Positions 15,291-24,170 of a DNA stretch of 33,494 nucleotides are shown here, piece after piece. Under the pieces are notes generated by a model. That model saw only the letters and a list, made by a program, of their open reading frames with translations. It did no database searches and was not told the DNA's origin. Every line of letters begins with the position of its first letter. Within the stretch, counting starts at the first letter, position 1. Origin of the DNA: Gemmataceae bacterium (lineage in GTDB: Bacteria; Planctomycetota; Planctomycetia; Gemmatales; Gemmataceae); assembly GCA_041499985.1 (NCBI GenBank), contig JBGQLF010000001.1, positions 1-33,494 of the forward strand, given 5' to 3'. The translations under genes and the position numbers were made by a program.

Positions 15291-15439
15291 AGTGCTCTGT
15301 GAGCCGCATAAATCCTCACTTTTTTGCCTATGAACACGCGGAAACCCGCAGCCAGCCTCTTGCGCAGCCACATACAAATGTGTTAATATCTTCCTTAATG
15401 GGGGTTAATCAATGCCCCCATAACGACACGGAGGATCAT

Positions 15440-15868
15440 ATGTCATCACGTAAACGCACACCGGATAAAGAGTCAACAGAAACCGTCACAGCAGTCGCCG
15501 AACCACCAGCCGCCGAAGCCAAGGCAGACGGCCTGAGCTTCGCCGAGCGGGTGGGTCAAAAGAGATTTGTAACACCCCCCGATCCGTTCCTCATCGCTGT
15601 GGACAACCTTGCGGGCGTCCGCCTCTTCGAGAGCAAACAGGACCGCCAGATGGCCGTGAAGTTCGAGGACAAGCCGAGCCAGGCAGTCATCGACACGATG
15701 AAGGAGGCAGGATTTAGGTGGATGCCGGTAGACAGGATTTGGGCGCACCCGGTCAGGTCTGAATTCGCTCTGAGCACTCGGATCGATGCGGAAAGGCTTT
15801 ATCAGGAAGTGTGCAAGATGATCCGGCAGGAGAAGGGTATTGAGGCCGGACAAGAAGTGCCCTTCTAA
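15440..15868 (+). CDS. hypothetical mobile-element protein (142 aa)
   Basis: ATG at 15440 preceded by acggagga. The track ORF from 15299 is an over-extension. The C-terminal part reads VKFEDKPSQAVIDTMKEAGFRWMPVDRIWAHP. Confidence 0.7.
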   Translation: MSSRKRTPDKESTETVTAVAEPPAAEAKADGLSFAERVGQKRFVTPPDPFLIAVDNLAGVRLFESKQDRQMAVKFEDKPSQAVIDTMKEAGFRWMPVDRIWAHPVRSEFALSTRIDAERLYQEVCKMIRQEKGIEAGQEVPF

Positions 15869-15892
15869 GCAGCAGCCCGTTACATTTGTCCC

Positions 15893-16093
15893 ATGACCAT
15901 ACCGCCAATCTATCATCTTAACGACCTCGGCCCCCAGGCCCAGATGATGGCAAAGAGCTGCACCAACGAGCGCATGGCAATGACTCTACAGTACGTTGCC
16001 ATCGGCTCGATGATCATCATGGCTGGAGCCGCAGCAGCCCACCTCATGAAAGACCTGTTCGGGCATACTGAGCATCACGGCAGGTCAAAATGA
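15893..16093 (+). CDS. possible small membrane protein (66 aa)
   Basis: One hydrophobic segment (LQYVAIGSMIIMAGAAAAHLM) and GC3-biased codons. There is no clear SD. Confidence 0.35.
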   Translation: MTIPPIYHLNDLGPQAQMMAKSCTNERMAMTLQYVAIGSMIIMAGAAAAHLMKDLFGHTEHHGRSK

Positions 16094-16293
16094 ATTCGCG
16101 GCGTAGCTGTTCCGACGAGCGAAAGCGACGAGTAGCGGCGGCAAGGCAAGTGAAGCGGTGCAATGGTTTGGCGACAGGGGGCCAACCGCGACGCGATAGC
16201 GGAGCAGAATGCCGGGAACTACTGGTCCATCATGGTTCCTGAGCATGGCACGGAAGCCCCCTTCCTCAAAACAACCCTTACTCCCATTCCCAC

Positions 16294-16321
16294 TTGACCC
16301 AGGTGAGCCGCCTGTTACTTA
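16294..16321 (+). promoter_or_regulatory. possible sigma70-type promoter for the 105-aa ORF (TTGACC, 16 nt spacer, TACTTA)
   Basis: Read directly. It lies about 35 nt upstream of the SD aggaga and the ATG at 16357. Confidence 0.3.
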
Positions 16322-16356
16322 CGACAATTCATCCCCACAATCTGTAGGAGACCAAT

Positions 16357-16674
16357 ATGCAGTACAAAACGATCGTTCTTCAACTCCTGGAGCAGCACCC
16401 GCAGATACGGGACCAACTCCGCAAGACCCGGCAGATGCTCCCGACGATGGAGCGCTACGCCAGCGAGCTGAAAACCCGCCACGAAGCCTGGAAGGACCGT
16501 CTCTCCCAACTGACGCCGGGCAGCGACGAGAGCCAGATAGCGAGCGAGGCTCTGGAGCTGGCCCTGAAGGAACTGGAGACTCGTTTGCCCTCCGGGTCTC
16601 CTCGGGACGACAAGGAAGCACTGTCCCTCGACGAAGCAATGGCGTTCATCCGCCGTCATACGCCGCCCGCGTAA
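16357..16674 (+). CDS. hypothetical helical protein (105 aa)
   Basis: SD aggaga 6 nt upstream. The sequence is helical with no low-complexity regions (MQYKTIVLQLLEQHPQIRDQLRK...). It lies inside the spurious N-terminal extension of the 16209 track ORF, in another frame. Confidence 0.6.
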   Translation: MQYKTIVLQLLEQHPQIRDQLRKTRQMLPTMERYASELKTRHEAWKDRLSQLTPGSDESQIASEALELALKELETRLPSGSPRDDKEALSLDEAMAFIRRHTPPA

Positions 16675-16760
16675 AGGGGTCTCGGCGCCAGCCGACGCTG
16701 TTTGATTCCCTTTCCGACGATCCACTTCCGCCTGCCGCGGCCCCGCCTGGGGCCTTAATC

Positions 16761-16921
16761 GACGGCACTGTACTCAGCCCGCCGGGCCGTGCAAGCGGAA
16801 ACCCGGTTCCCCCTGAAGGTCTCCCCCAACTTTCCGCTGGCACGGTCGCTACGCGAGCGGAGCCCCGGCTCGATGCTGAGTCCCTGGCGTGCCGTCAGGC
16901 CCCAACTGCGGGGCCGGAAAC
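16761..16921 (+). promoter_or_regulatory. structured leader module, copy 3 (upstream of the methyltransferase-helicase)
   Basis: 5' block gacggcactgta...ccgggccgtgcaa. Imperfect arms lie at 16784-16798 and 16834-16847. The 3' block is gcgtgccgtcaggccccaactgcggggccggaaac, followed by SD aggagaaggaga and an ATG at 16944. Confidence 0.6.
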
Positions 16922-16943
16922 GCCAGGAGAAGGAGACCGTGCC

Positions 16944-19900
16944 ATGATGGGCGCTCAGCTAAGTTTGCAGTTCGACACACCACCACCATTTATTTCCGTC
17001 AGAGAACAGGAACCGACCCGACAACCAAAGCCGGCCCCGATCGCCAGCGGCGAAAAGGCAAAGGCCCGCGACATCCTCGCCGCCATCCGCACCTTGAAGT
17101 GCATCGAGGAACAGCGGCGACCTGCCACCGCGGAGGAAAAGCAGGCGCTCGCCCGCTTCACCGGCTTCGGCCCAGTCGCCCTCGGGGTTTTCCCCGACCC
17201 GGTCACTGGCCGCTACAAGGATGCCAGCTGGCAGGCCCTGGGCGAGGAGCTAAAGACGCTGCTTACCCTCGCGGAATACGACAGCGCCAAACGCACTACC
17301 TTCAACGCCTTCTATACCTCTCCGACCGTCATCGCTTCCATCCACGAGGCCATTGGCCGCCTGGGCGTTCCCAAGGGTGCCACGATCCTCGAACCGGGTT
17401 GCGGCACGGGCAATTTCATGAGCCAAGGCCAGGCTGGGACGCGCTTCATCGGCATCGAACTGGACTCCATTTCCGGGCGTATTGCGAAAGCGCTTCACCC
17501 CGAACACGACATCCGCATCGAGAGCTTCCGCGACACGAAGCTGCCCAAGATCGACGCCGTGATCGGCAACGTGCCGTTCGCCGACGTAAAGCTTGACTAT
17601 CACGGCCAGAAGCTTTCGCTGCACGACTTCTTCATCGCCAAGTCGGTTGACGCCCTGAAGCCCGGTGGCGTACTTGCCGTGGTCACATCGCATTACGCGC
17701 TCGACAAGCAGAATGCCGGCGTCCGCGAGTACCTGGCCTCCAAAGCCGACTTCGTGGGCGCGATCCGCCTGCCCGCCGACGCCTTCAAGCGCGAGGGCAC
17801 TGCCGTGGTCACCGACATCCTCTTTCTGCGCAAACGAGCGCCGGGCGAGCCTGAACACCATGCCGACCCGCACTGGCTGGGCGTCGCGCCGCTCGCCATT
17901 GAGGGCGCGGAGGTCGGGATCAACCGTTATTTCCACCACTATCCTGAAATGGTCCTTGGCACCTGGACCCGCAAGGACACGCTCTACGGAGGCGAGGGTT
18001 ACAGCGTTACCGGCAACGGCGACTTGGCCGGGCAACTCAAGGAAGCAATCCAGCGCCTGCCGGAATTCGCACCGCTGCAAGCATCACCGGTCGAGAATGA
18101 ACCTGCCCCGGCTTTCACACCCCCGCCGCCAGAGCGCCACATCAGCGAAGGCAGCTTTTTTGTCGCCAACGACCGGACCATTTGCCAGTCTTTGGGCGGG
18201 CAAGCCGTGCCCGTTGTCTATGGCGGCACTTCCTTAAGAGCGGACGGCACGCTTACCGGCAAACGCCTGGCCGCCCTGGTGGGCCTGCGCGACCACGCCC
18301 GCCGGGTCCTGCAATCGCAGAACGAAGGCTGGCCCGAGGCCAACCGCCAAGAGGCACGGCGGCAACTCAACTCGGCCTACGACCGATTCACCGGGGCTTA
18401 TGGCCCGATCAACAAAACCACCTTCGGCGAGACGGCGGACGGCAGCGTCATCCGGCGAATGCCCAACATCGTCAAGTTCAAGGAAGACCCCGACGCCATG
18501 CTGGTCATGTCCCTGGAGGACTACGACGAGGTGACGGGAAAGGCCACCAAAGCCGCCATCATGATGAAGGACGTGGTCGGCAAGACCCCGCCCATCACGC
18601 ACGTCCGCAGCGCCGAGGAAGGGTTGCTCGTTTCCCTCAACCAACGGGGCACGGTAGACCTGCCGTTCATTGGAACCCTCTACGGCAAGCCGAAAGCACA
18701 GATTGTCGCCGAGTTGGGCGATCTGATCTTCCCGGACCCTGAATCCAGAACCTGGCAAACGGCCGACGCCTATCTCTCTGGCAATGTCCGCGCCAAGCTC
18801 GCCGTCGCGGAACGCGCCGGCCCGCAATATGCCCGCAATGCCAAGGCCCTACGAGCCGTGCAGCCCGAGGACGTGCTGCCTGGCGACATCGACGCCAATC
18901 TCGGCGCGCCCTGGATACCGGAGCGGGACATTCAAGCCTTTGCGGGTGACCTCTTCCATGTCGATCCATCCAGCATCCCGGTCGCCCACCTGAAAAAAGA
19001 TGCCGTCTGGAGCATTGACGCCGACTACGCCGCGAAAGCGTCGGTTGCCGCCACCTCCGAGGTTGGCACCGCGCGTGCCAACGGCACCTGGCTGCTCGAC
19101 CTGGCACTGAACATGAAGACGCCAACGATCTACGACACGATCATGAATGGCGACCGCGAGGAGCGCGTCGTCAACCAGGAGGCGACGATGGCCGCCCGCG
19201 AGAAGCAAAAGCTCATCAAGGAACGGTTCCGCTCCTGGGTGTTCACCGACCCGGAACGTACCGAGCGCTTGGTCCGGTTGTACAACGACACGTACAACAA
19301 TTTGCGCCCCAGGCTCTTCGACGGCTCGCACCTCGACTTCCCCGGCATGAACCAGACCATCCGGCTCCGGCCGCACCAGGACGACGCGGTGTGGCGCGGC
19401 ATGAGTTCCGGCAACACGCTGCTTGCCCACGCCGTCGGTGCCGGCAAGACCTTCACGATGGCCGCCACCGGCATGAAAATGAAGCAGGCCGGCCTCATCA
19501 AGAAGCCGATGTATGTGGTCCCCAATCACCTGCTGGAACAGTTCTCCCGCGAGTTCATGCAGCTCTACCCCAATGCCAGGCTGCTGGTCGCCGCCAAGGA
19601 AGACTTAGGCCGGGACCGCCGCAAGTTCTTAACCGCCAAGATCGCCAGCGGCGAGTGGGACGGCATCATCGTGACCCACAGCAGCTTCGAGCGGATGGGA
19701 ATGTCGCGGGACTACCAGGAGAGGTTTCTCCTGGAGCAGATCGCCGAATATGACGAATTGCTCCGTGAACACGCGGGTCCAAAGGGTGCCAACCGCAACC
19801 TCATCAAGACCATCGAGAAGCAGAAGGCCGCCAGAGCCGAACGCCTGAAGGACCTGCTGGCCAAGGACAAGAAGGACGATGGTTTGGTTTTTGACGAATT

Positions 19901-22091
19901 AGGAGTGGACCATATCTTCATTGACGAGGCCCACTACTTCAAGAACCTGGAGACGCCGACCAAAATGGAGCGCGTCGCCGGCATCCAGACCGGGGGCAGC
20001 GAAAGGGCGTTCGACGTATACATGAAAGCCCGCTACCTCGACGAGCAACATGCCGGCCACGGCGTGACCTTCGCCACCGGGACACCGATTTCCAACACGA
20101 TGGTAGAGATGTTCACGATGCAGAAATTCCTTGACCCAGAGGGTCTGCGTAGCCGGGGGCTGGAACATTTCGATGCCTGGGCGGCCACCTTTGGCGAAGT
20201 TATCGACACCATGGAAATCTCGCCTGATGGCAAGACCCTGAAACCAAGGAGCCGCTTTGCCCGCTTCACCAATCTGCCGGAACTCCAGCAGATGTTCCGG
20301 GCCTTCTCCGACGTGCAGACGCCCGAGATGCTCGACCTGCCCCGACCCGCCTTAAAAGGCGGCAAGCCCATCGTCGTTGCCTGCCCGATGTCCGAGGAGC
20401 AACACGCCCTCCAGCAGGAGCTAGTCGAACGCTACGAGCGGCTGCGGTCGCAAAAGGTGGACCCGCGCGTCGATAACGCGCTCAACATCACCACCGACGG
20501 ACGCAAGCTCGCCACCGACGCACGGATGCTCTCCGCCACCGCACCTGATTTCCCGGAATCGAAAATCAACAGGTTAGTAGAAAACGTCACCGCCACCTGG
20601 CGGCGGACCGCGGCCACACGCGGCACGCAGATGATCTTTGCCGACATGGGAGTAAATCCTACCCCCTGGGGGTACTCGCCCTACGCCGACATCATCCAGA
20701 AGCTGGTCGCCTACGGCATTCCCCGCGAGCAGATCGCCGCCATCGGCGACGCCGAATCCGACGCCAAGAAACAGGCTCTCTTCGAGAAGGTCAGGAATGG
20801 TTCGGTGCGCGTGCTGATCGGCAGCACGCAGAAAATGGGCACCGGCACGAACGTCCAGAAACGCCTGGTGGCGCTGCACCACCTCGACGCACCCTGGAAG
20901 CCGGCCGAGGTCGAACAACGCGAAGGCCGCATCCTGCGCCAGGGGAACACGAATGAAGAAGTGGCCATCTACCGCTACGTCACGGAAGGGTCTTTCGATG
21001 CCTATATGTGGCAGGCACTGGAGACAAAAGCTCGCTTTATTAGCCAAGTAATTACGGGCGACAACGCCGCCCGCCGAGCCGAGGACATCGGCGGCCAGGA
21101 ACTCTCCTATGCCGAGGTCAAGGCGATTGCATCGGGCAACCCGGCGGTACTGACGCTCGCTGAGGCCGATGCCGAGTTGCAGCGGCTCAGCCTGCTCAAA
21201 AGGAACCACCTGGACGAGCAATACGTCACCCGCCGCAGCGTGCGCGATTTGCCAGGGACCATTGCCAGTCTGTCCGGGCGTTTGTCCAATCTCATGGCGG
21301 ACGAAGCTACTGCCATCGCTCATGCCAGCGACCCGATTACCCTCGGCGGCCGCACCCGGTCACGCGAGGACGCGCCCGCCATTCTGGCCGGCCAAGTGGA
21401 TGCTTTGCCCCGCAACGTCCGCGAGACGACCCGCGTTCCGCTGGGCATCCACCGGGGCTTGCGTTTCGGCTTTGTCCTTCATCCGCAATTCCCACCCGAT
21501 GTGTACCTGGAGGGTGCGATCACCCGTCAGTCTACGCTGTCGCGGGAGCACCAGGGGCCGCGTGCCGTGCTCAATGCACTCGAACGCCTTGCCAGCGGCT
21601 ATGGCTCCGAATGCACCCGTGTCCGGCAAGACCTCGCCATCGCCGAGTCCCAGCTTCGCGATTACCAGGCACGCCTGGGCAAGCCGTTCCTCCACGACGC
21701 CTACCTCTCTGAACTGACCATCCTGCGTGACCAGCTCAAGGCCGGACTTTCCGGCGCGACCCACGAGCGAGGCAGCGAAGCAGGGCCGAGTGTTTCCGAA
21801 CTCGCCGAACAGATCAGGGCGCTCAAGTCCGCACACAGCATCGAGACCACGCCACAGCGCGTCCGGCAGAAACAGTCCTCCGCAGAGGAGCCCGTCACCG
21901 CCCGCATCCGCCGGCGGCAGGAGGCAAATCCCGTGTCCGACCCGGTTATCGAGGCCGATGCCGCATCATCGCCAAAGACAGCCCACCCGCTGGAATCTCC
22001 GCAGAATTCATCCGGGAAGCCGCCGATGACGTTCCGGGAATGCATTGCAATGGAGCGGCAACGCAAGGACCAGGAGCCGAGCCTGTCTTGA
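16944..22091 (+). CDS. polyvalent N6-adenine DNA methyltransferase + SNF2/DEAH helicase fusion (P1 DarB-like / conjugative-element antirestriction type), 1715 aa
   Basis: Methyltransferase motif I is LEPGCGTGNFM and motif IV is GNVPFAD. Helicase motifs are LLAHAVGAGKTF (I), FIDEAHYFKN (II), TGTPISNT (III) and QREGRILRQGN (VI). I moved the start to the ATG at 16944 (in frame with the track ORF) because it has the same leader and SD geometry as copies 1 and 2. Confidence 0.9.
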   Translation: MMGAQLSLQFDTPPPFISVREQEPTRQPKPAPIASGEKAKARDILAAIRTLKCIEEQRRPATAEEKQALARFTGFGPVALGVFPDPVTGRYKDASWQALGEELKTLLTLAEYDSAKRTTFNAFYTSPTVIASIHEAIGRLGVPKGATILEPGCGTGNFMSQGQAGTRFIGIELDSISGRIAKALHPEHDIRIESFRDTKLPKIDAVIGNVPFADVKLDYHGQKLSLHDFFIAKSVDALKPGGVLAVVTSHYALDKQNAGVREYLASKADFVGAIRLPADAFKREGTAVVTDILFLRKRAPGEPEHHADPHWLGVAPLAIEGAEVGINRYFHHYPEMVLGTWTRKDTLYGGEGYSVTGNGDLAGQLKEAIQRLPEFAPLQASPVENEPAPAFTPPPPERHISEGSFFVANDRTICQSLGGQAVPVVYGGTSLRADGTLTGKRLAALVGLRDHARRVLQSQNEGWPEANRQEARRQLNSAYDRFTGAYGPINKTTFGETADGSVIRRMPNIVKFKEDPDAMLVMSLEDYDEVTGKATKAAIMMKDVVGKTPPITHVRSAEEGLLVSLNQRGTVDLPFIGTLYGKPKAQIVAELGDLIFPDPESRTWQTADAYLSGNVRAKLAVAERAGPQYARNAKALRAVQPEDVLPGDIDANLGAPWIPERDIQAFAGDLFHVDPSSIPVAHLKKDAVWSIDADYAAKASVAATSEVGTARANGTWLLDLALNMKTPTIYDTIMNGDREERVVNQEATMAAREKQKLIKERFRSWVFTDPERTERLVRLYNDTYNNLRPRLFDGSHLDFPGMNQTIRLRPHQDDAVWRGMSSGNTLLAHAVGAGKTFTMAATGMKMKQAGLIKKPMYVVPNHLLEQFSREFMQLYPNARLLVAAKEDLGRDRRKFLTAKIASGEWDGIIVTHSSFERMGMSRDYQERFLLEQIAEYDELLREHAGPKGANRNLIKTIEKQKAARAERLKDLLAKDKKDDGLVFDELGVDHIFIDEAHYFKNLETPTKMERVAGIQTGGSERAFDVYMKARYLDEQHAGHGVTFATGTPISNTMVEMFTMQKFLDPEGLRSRGLEHFDAWAATFGEVIDTMEISPDGKTLKPRSRFARFTNLPELQQMFRAFSDVQTPEMLDLPRPALKGGKPIVVACPMSEEQHALQQELVERYERLRSQKVDPRVDNALNITTDGRKLATDARMLSATAPDFPESKINRLVENVTATWRRTAATRGTQMIFADMGVNPTPWGYSPYADIIQKLVAYGIPREQIAAIGDAESDAKKQALFEKVRNGSVRVLIGSTQKMGTGTNVQKRLVALHHLDAPWKPAEVEQREGRILRQGNTNEEVAIYRYVTEGSFDAYMWQALETKARFISQVITGDNAARRAEDIGGQELSYAEVKAIASGNPAVLTLAEADAELQRLSLLKRNHLDEQYVTRRSVRDLPGTIASLSGRLSNLMADEATAIAHASDPITLGGRTRSREDAPAILAGQVDALPRNVRETTRVPLGIHRGLRFGFVLHPQFPPDVYLEGAITRQSTLSREHQGPRAVLNALERLASGYGSECTRVRQDLAIAESQLRDYQARLGKPFLHDAYLSELTILRDQLKAGLSGATHERGSEAGPSVSELAEQIRALKSAHSIETTPQRVRQKQSSAEEPVTARIRRRQEANPVSDPVIEADAASSPKTAHPLESPQNSSGKPPMTFRECIAMERQRKDQEPSLS

Positions 22092-22107
22092 GTTTTTCAT
22101 CAGGGCT

Positions 22108-22152
22108 GCGCCGCCCCGACCGAACACTTCGGGTCACGGTCGGTCTGGCGGC
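22108..22152. terminator. GC-rich stem-loop between convergent genes (methyltransferase-helicase and cupin)
   Basis: gcgccgccccgaccg (22108-22122) pairs with cggtcggtctggcggc (22137-22152) with a small bulge. A T-rich tail cttcattc follows. Confidence 0.4.
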
Positions 22153-22191
22153 CTTCATTCGAGAGGTGAGCGACCTGAGCCCCGAACAGCT

Positions 22192-22509
22192 TCAAATCCT
22201 AACGAGGACGGAGGCATCCTCAATACCGCGGAGGGAATGCGGCTCGTTGCCCGCGAGGTAGAGCATCTGCCCAGCCGCCAATTCGCGGGTGGCGCCGCCG
22301 GCCGTGAAGGCGACTCGGCCTTCCAGGCACTGCACCGTGATCTCCCCCGCGACCTGATGCGGCGGGATGTCCTTGCCGGCGGGGACTACCAAGCGGATGA
22401 CCTCCAGCCTGTCGGTCTTCAGTAGCGTGTTCGTTACCGCGTGTGCTAGGGCCTCGCTCGGGGACCGAAGGTCGATTACTTCGCCAGATTTCGCATGCGG
22501 AATTGCCAT
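22192..22509 (-). CDS. cupin domain protein (105 aa)
   Basis: LVVPAGKDIPPHQVAGEITVQCLEGRVAFTAGGATRELAAGQMLYLAGNEPHSL follows the two-motif cupin pattern. Confidence 0.8.
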   Translation of the reverse strand: MAIPHAKSGEVIDLRSPSEALAHAVTNTLLKTDRLEVIRLVVPAGKDIPPHQVAGEITVQCLEGRVAFTAGGATRELAAGQMLYLAGNEPHSLRGIEDASVLVRI

Positions 22510-22647
22510 TGCAAGAATCCTTGAAGAATGCTGATGGAAACGAGCGATCTGTGTTCGACTTTTTTCGTTGGCAGGCCTTCGTTATCCCACACGCAGCAAC
22601 GGGCGGCTGCCCGCAGCGCGTGCCTTGTCTCACTCCGGCCCAGGGCG

Positions 22648-22866
22648 TTAACCTTTTCCTGGCTGGTGGGGGGTGCCGGTGCCCGTCACAACCGTCCAAC
22701 TCGGTGCGTCGCTTGCTGGAAAGGATTCGTCACTGGCCTCATCAACAACATCCCTGTCTGAACACAGCACCGGAAGCGGTTGCTGGGCGGTGTCCGCCGT
22801 CGGCACGAAGTTCTTCTCCTGCTCGGATGGTTCCCGTCGTTCCTGGTTGCTTGATGTAATACACAT
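22648..22866 (-). CDS. small acidic protein with an ESFPASD(A/P)PSW motif
   Basis: The C-terminal DVVDEASDESFPASDAPSW matches a recurrent small-protein motif. The track ORF (to 23025) overlaps the upstream glycosylase gene. Internal ATGs at 22884 or 22866 avoid the overlap, and gagg lies upstream of 22866. Confidence 0.5.
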   Translation of the reverse strand: MCITSSNQERREPSEQEKNFVPTADTAQQPLPVLCSDRDVVDEASDESFPASDAPSWTVVTGTGTPHQPGKG

Positions 22867-22909
22867 GGTAGGTAGCCTCGCCATGAGGTAATCGCAGCGA
22901 TCGGTGCGT

Positions 22910-23893
22910 TCAGACTTCCGCATCGCTCTGCTGCCGATGGACGGAGGTGTCCCGCTCCTGGGGACTTGTATCGCCCAGATAGCCAGCCTCCGCCAGGCGA
23001 TCGAGCAGGAGGTGAAAGTAAACAAGTCCTGCGTAGCCGCCCCAGCGGGCCAGAACCCGGCGGACCCCCTCGTAGTCGAGAGTCCGCTTCAGGCGCAGCC
23101 AGCGTCGTAGGTTGTTGCGGGCGCCCACATCATCGCCAGGGAAAACGTGGACCCGTCCCAGGCCGCGCAGCAAGACGTATTCCGCAGTCCAGCGTCCCAC
23201 GCCACGCAGTTCACAGAGGCGCTCAATCACCTCGTCATCGGGCAGAGTCGCCAACCCTTCCAGGTCCACGCGCCCCTCGGCGACCGACTGGGCCAGCTCG
23301 ATCATGGCCCGGCCCTTTTGGCGGCTGAACCCGAGCTGCCGCAGGGCCTCGGGACTCAGCCCGGCCAAATCCTCCGGGCGGGGGAAGGCGTGAACGGCCT
23401 CATCGCCCTCACCGAACGCGGTGCCGCATGCCACGGCCAAGCGGCTGAGGAGGCGAACGCCCAGCGTCAGCGTCATCTGCTGGCACGCAATTGCGTTAAT
23501 TACCCCCTCGAAGACCGTAACGAAGCGCGGCGGCCTCATACCCCGGAAGCGCTGGGCCAGCTGCCCCAGGTGCCGCTGGTGCGCGGCGAACTGGTAGAAC
23601 TCCGTCAGGTCGATGCGCAGCCCCAGCAGCCGCTCCAGCGCCGCCGTCACGGCCACCCGCATCGCGGCACGAATCGGTTGGCCTGCTACCACGACTTGCA
23701 GCTGCGGCGCCTCGGGCGGTGCCACCTGGGTCACCGCCACCTCCACAGGTCCGGCCGGCAAAGGCAGCACCCGGCGGTAGGTCGTTCCGTCCCAGCGGTC
23801 CACGGCGTTGTGCGGACGACGGCGCAGTGTCCAGACCGCCAGGTCCAGCCGGAAGGGGGGTATGGCCTCCAATAAAAAGGTTCCGCGGCTCAT
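22910..23893 (-). CDS. alkA: DNA-3-methyladenine glycosylase II family protein (AlkA-like, HhH-GPD), catalytic Asp present
   Basis: HhH motif LRGVGRWTAEYVLLRG followed by VFPGDDVGARNNL. The N-terminal AlkA_N-like region is FRLDLAVWTLRRRP. Confidence 0.9.
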   Translation of the reverse strand: MSRGTFLLEAIPPFRLDLAVWTLRRRPHNAVDRWDGTTYRRVLPLPAGPVEVAVTQVAPPEAPQLQVVVAGQPIRAAMRVAVTAALERLLGLRIDLTEFYQFAAHQRHLGQLAQRFRGMRPPRFVTVFEGVINAIACQQMTLTLGVRLLSRLAVACGTAFGEGDEAVHAFPRPEDLAGLSPEALRQLGFSRQKGRAMIELAQSVAEGRVDLEGLATLPDDEVIERLCELRGVGRWTAEYVLLRGLGRVHVFPGDDVGARNNLRRWLRLKRTLDYEGVRRVLARWGGYAGLVYFHLLLDRLAEAGYLGDTSPQERDTSVHRQQSDAEV

Positions 23894-23945
23894 GGCAGTA
23901 GACTCTCCATCTACTTTCCTCCGATTCTGCCAGCGGTTCTTTGGA

Positions 23946-24170
23946 TCAGCTGTTGACTTTACCGATCTTTTTAAGAGCCGAACCTTTGTGCATGGCCATG
24001 TGGTCGGTCTTGTCGCTCTTGATCAAATACTGCGGCTCCTCCTTCGAGGCGTGGACTTTGTACCCCTTGAACGTGATTTCCGAGGTGATTTTCTTCTTGA
24101 TCGTCCCTCGGACTCGGCCCGCTTCCGAGTTCCACTCCACATGATCACCTACTTTAAAGTCCTGTGCCAT
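23946..24170 (-). CDS. DUF2945 (Tudor/SH3-like small protein) family
   Basis: MAQDFKVGDHVEWNSEAGRVRGTIKKKITSEITFKGYKVHASKEEPQYLIKSDKTDHMAMHKGSALKKI. I placed the start at the internal ATG at 24170, and the longer track ORF runs into the upstream gene. This stretch has locally lower GC. Confidence 0.75.
   Translation of the reverse strand: MAQDFKVGDHVEWNSEAGRVRGTIKKKITSEITFKGYKVHASKEEPQYLIKSDKTDHMAMHKGSALKKIGKVNS

Larger units (their letters stand above)
13800..15300 (-). mobile_element. IS110-family insertion sequence (boundaries approximate)
   Basis: Contains a DEDD-type transposase ORF plus about 290 nt of structured non-coding DNA on its 5' side. This family has no terminal inverted repeats, so the ends cannot be fixed from this one copy. 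Confidence 0.6.

Noticed and set aside
16836-16850. sigma54-like TGGCAC in the right arm of module copy 3
   Set aside because: The downstream element does not fit TTGC at the required 4-5 nt spacing (it reads ggtcgcta). The other two copies have TTGAC(A/C) at this position instead.
16209-16943. N-terminal 245 residues of the 1960-aa track ORF
   Set aside because: The translation is low-complexity P/A/G/S/R-rich. It overlaps a better-supported 105-aa ORF in another frame and a conserved non-coding module. A properly spaced SD and ATG lie at 16944. I treated it as a high-GC open-frame artefact.
17250-19529. Antisense and alternate-frame ORFs inside the methyltransferase-helicase gene (e.g. 17250..18080 -, 18234..18827 -, 18849..19529 -)
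   Set aside because: Same reasoning. The + frame carries complete methyltransferase and helicase motif sets.
22189-22200. ttcaaatcct matching the T-loop part of the tRNA fragment, considered as a second att (attR) copy at the right end of the element
   Set aside because: Only about 10 nt match. The match falls on the stop codon region of the cupin gene and lacks the flanking acceptor or anticodon sequence. It is too short to separate from chance.
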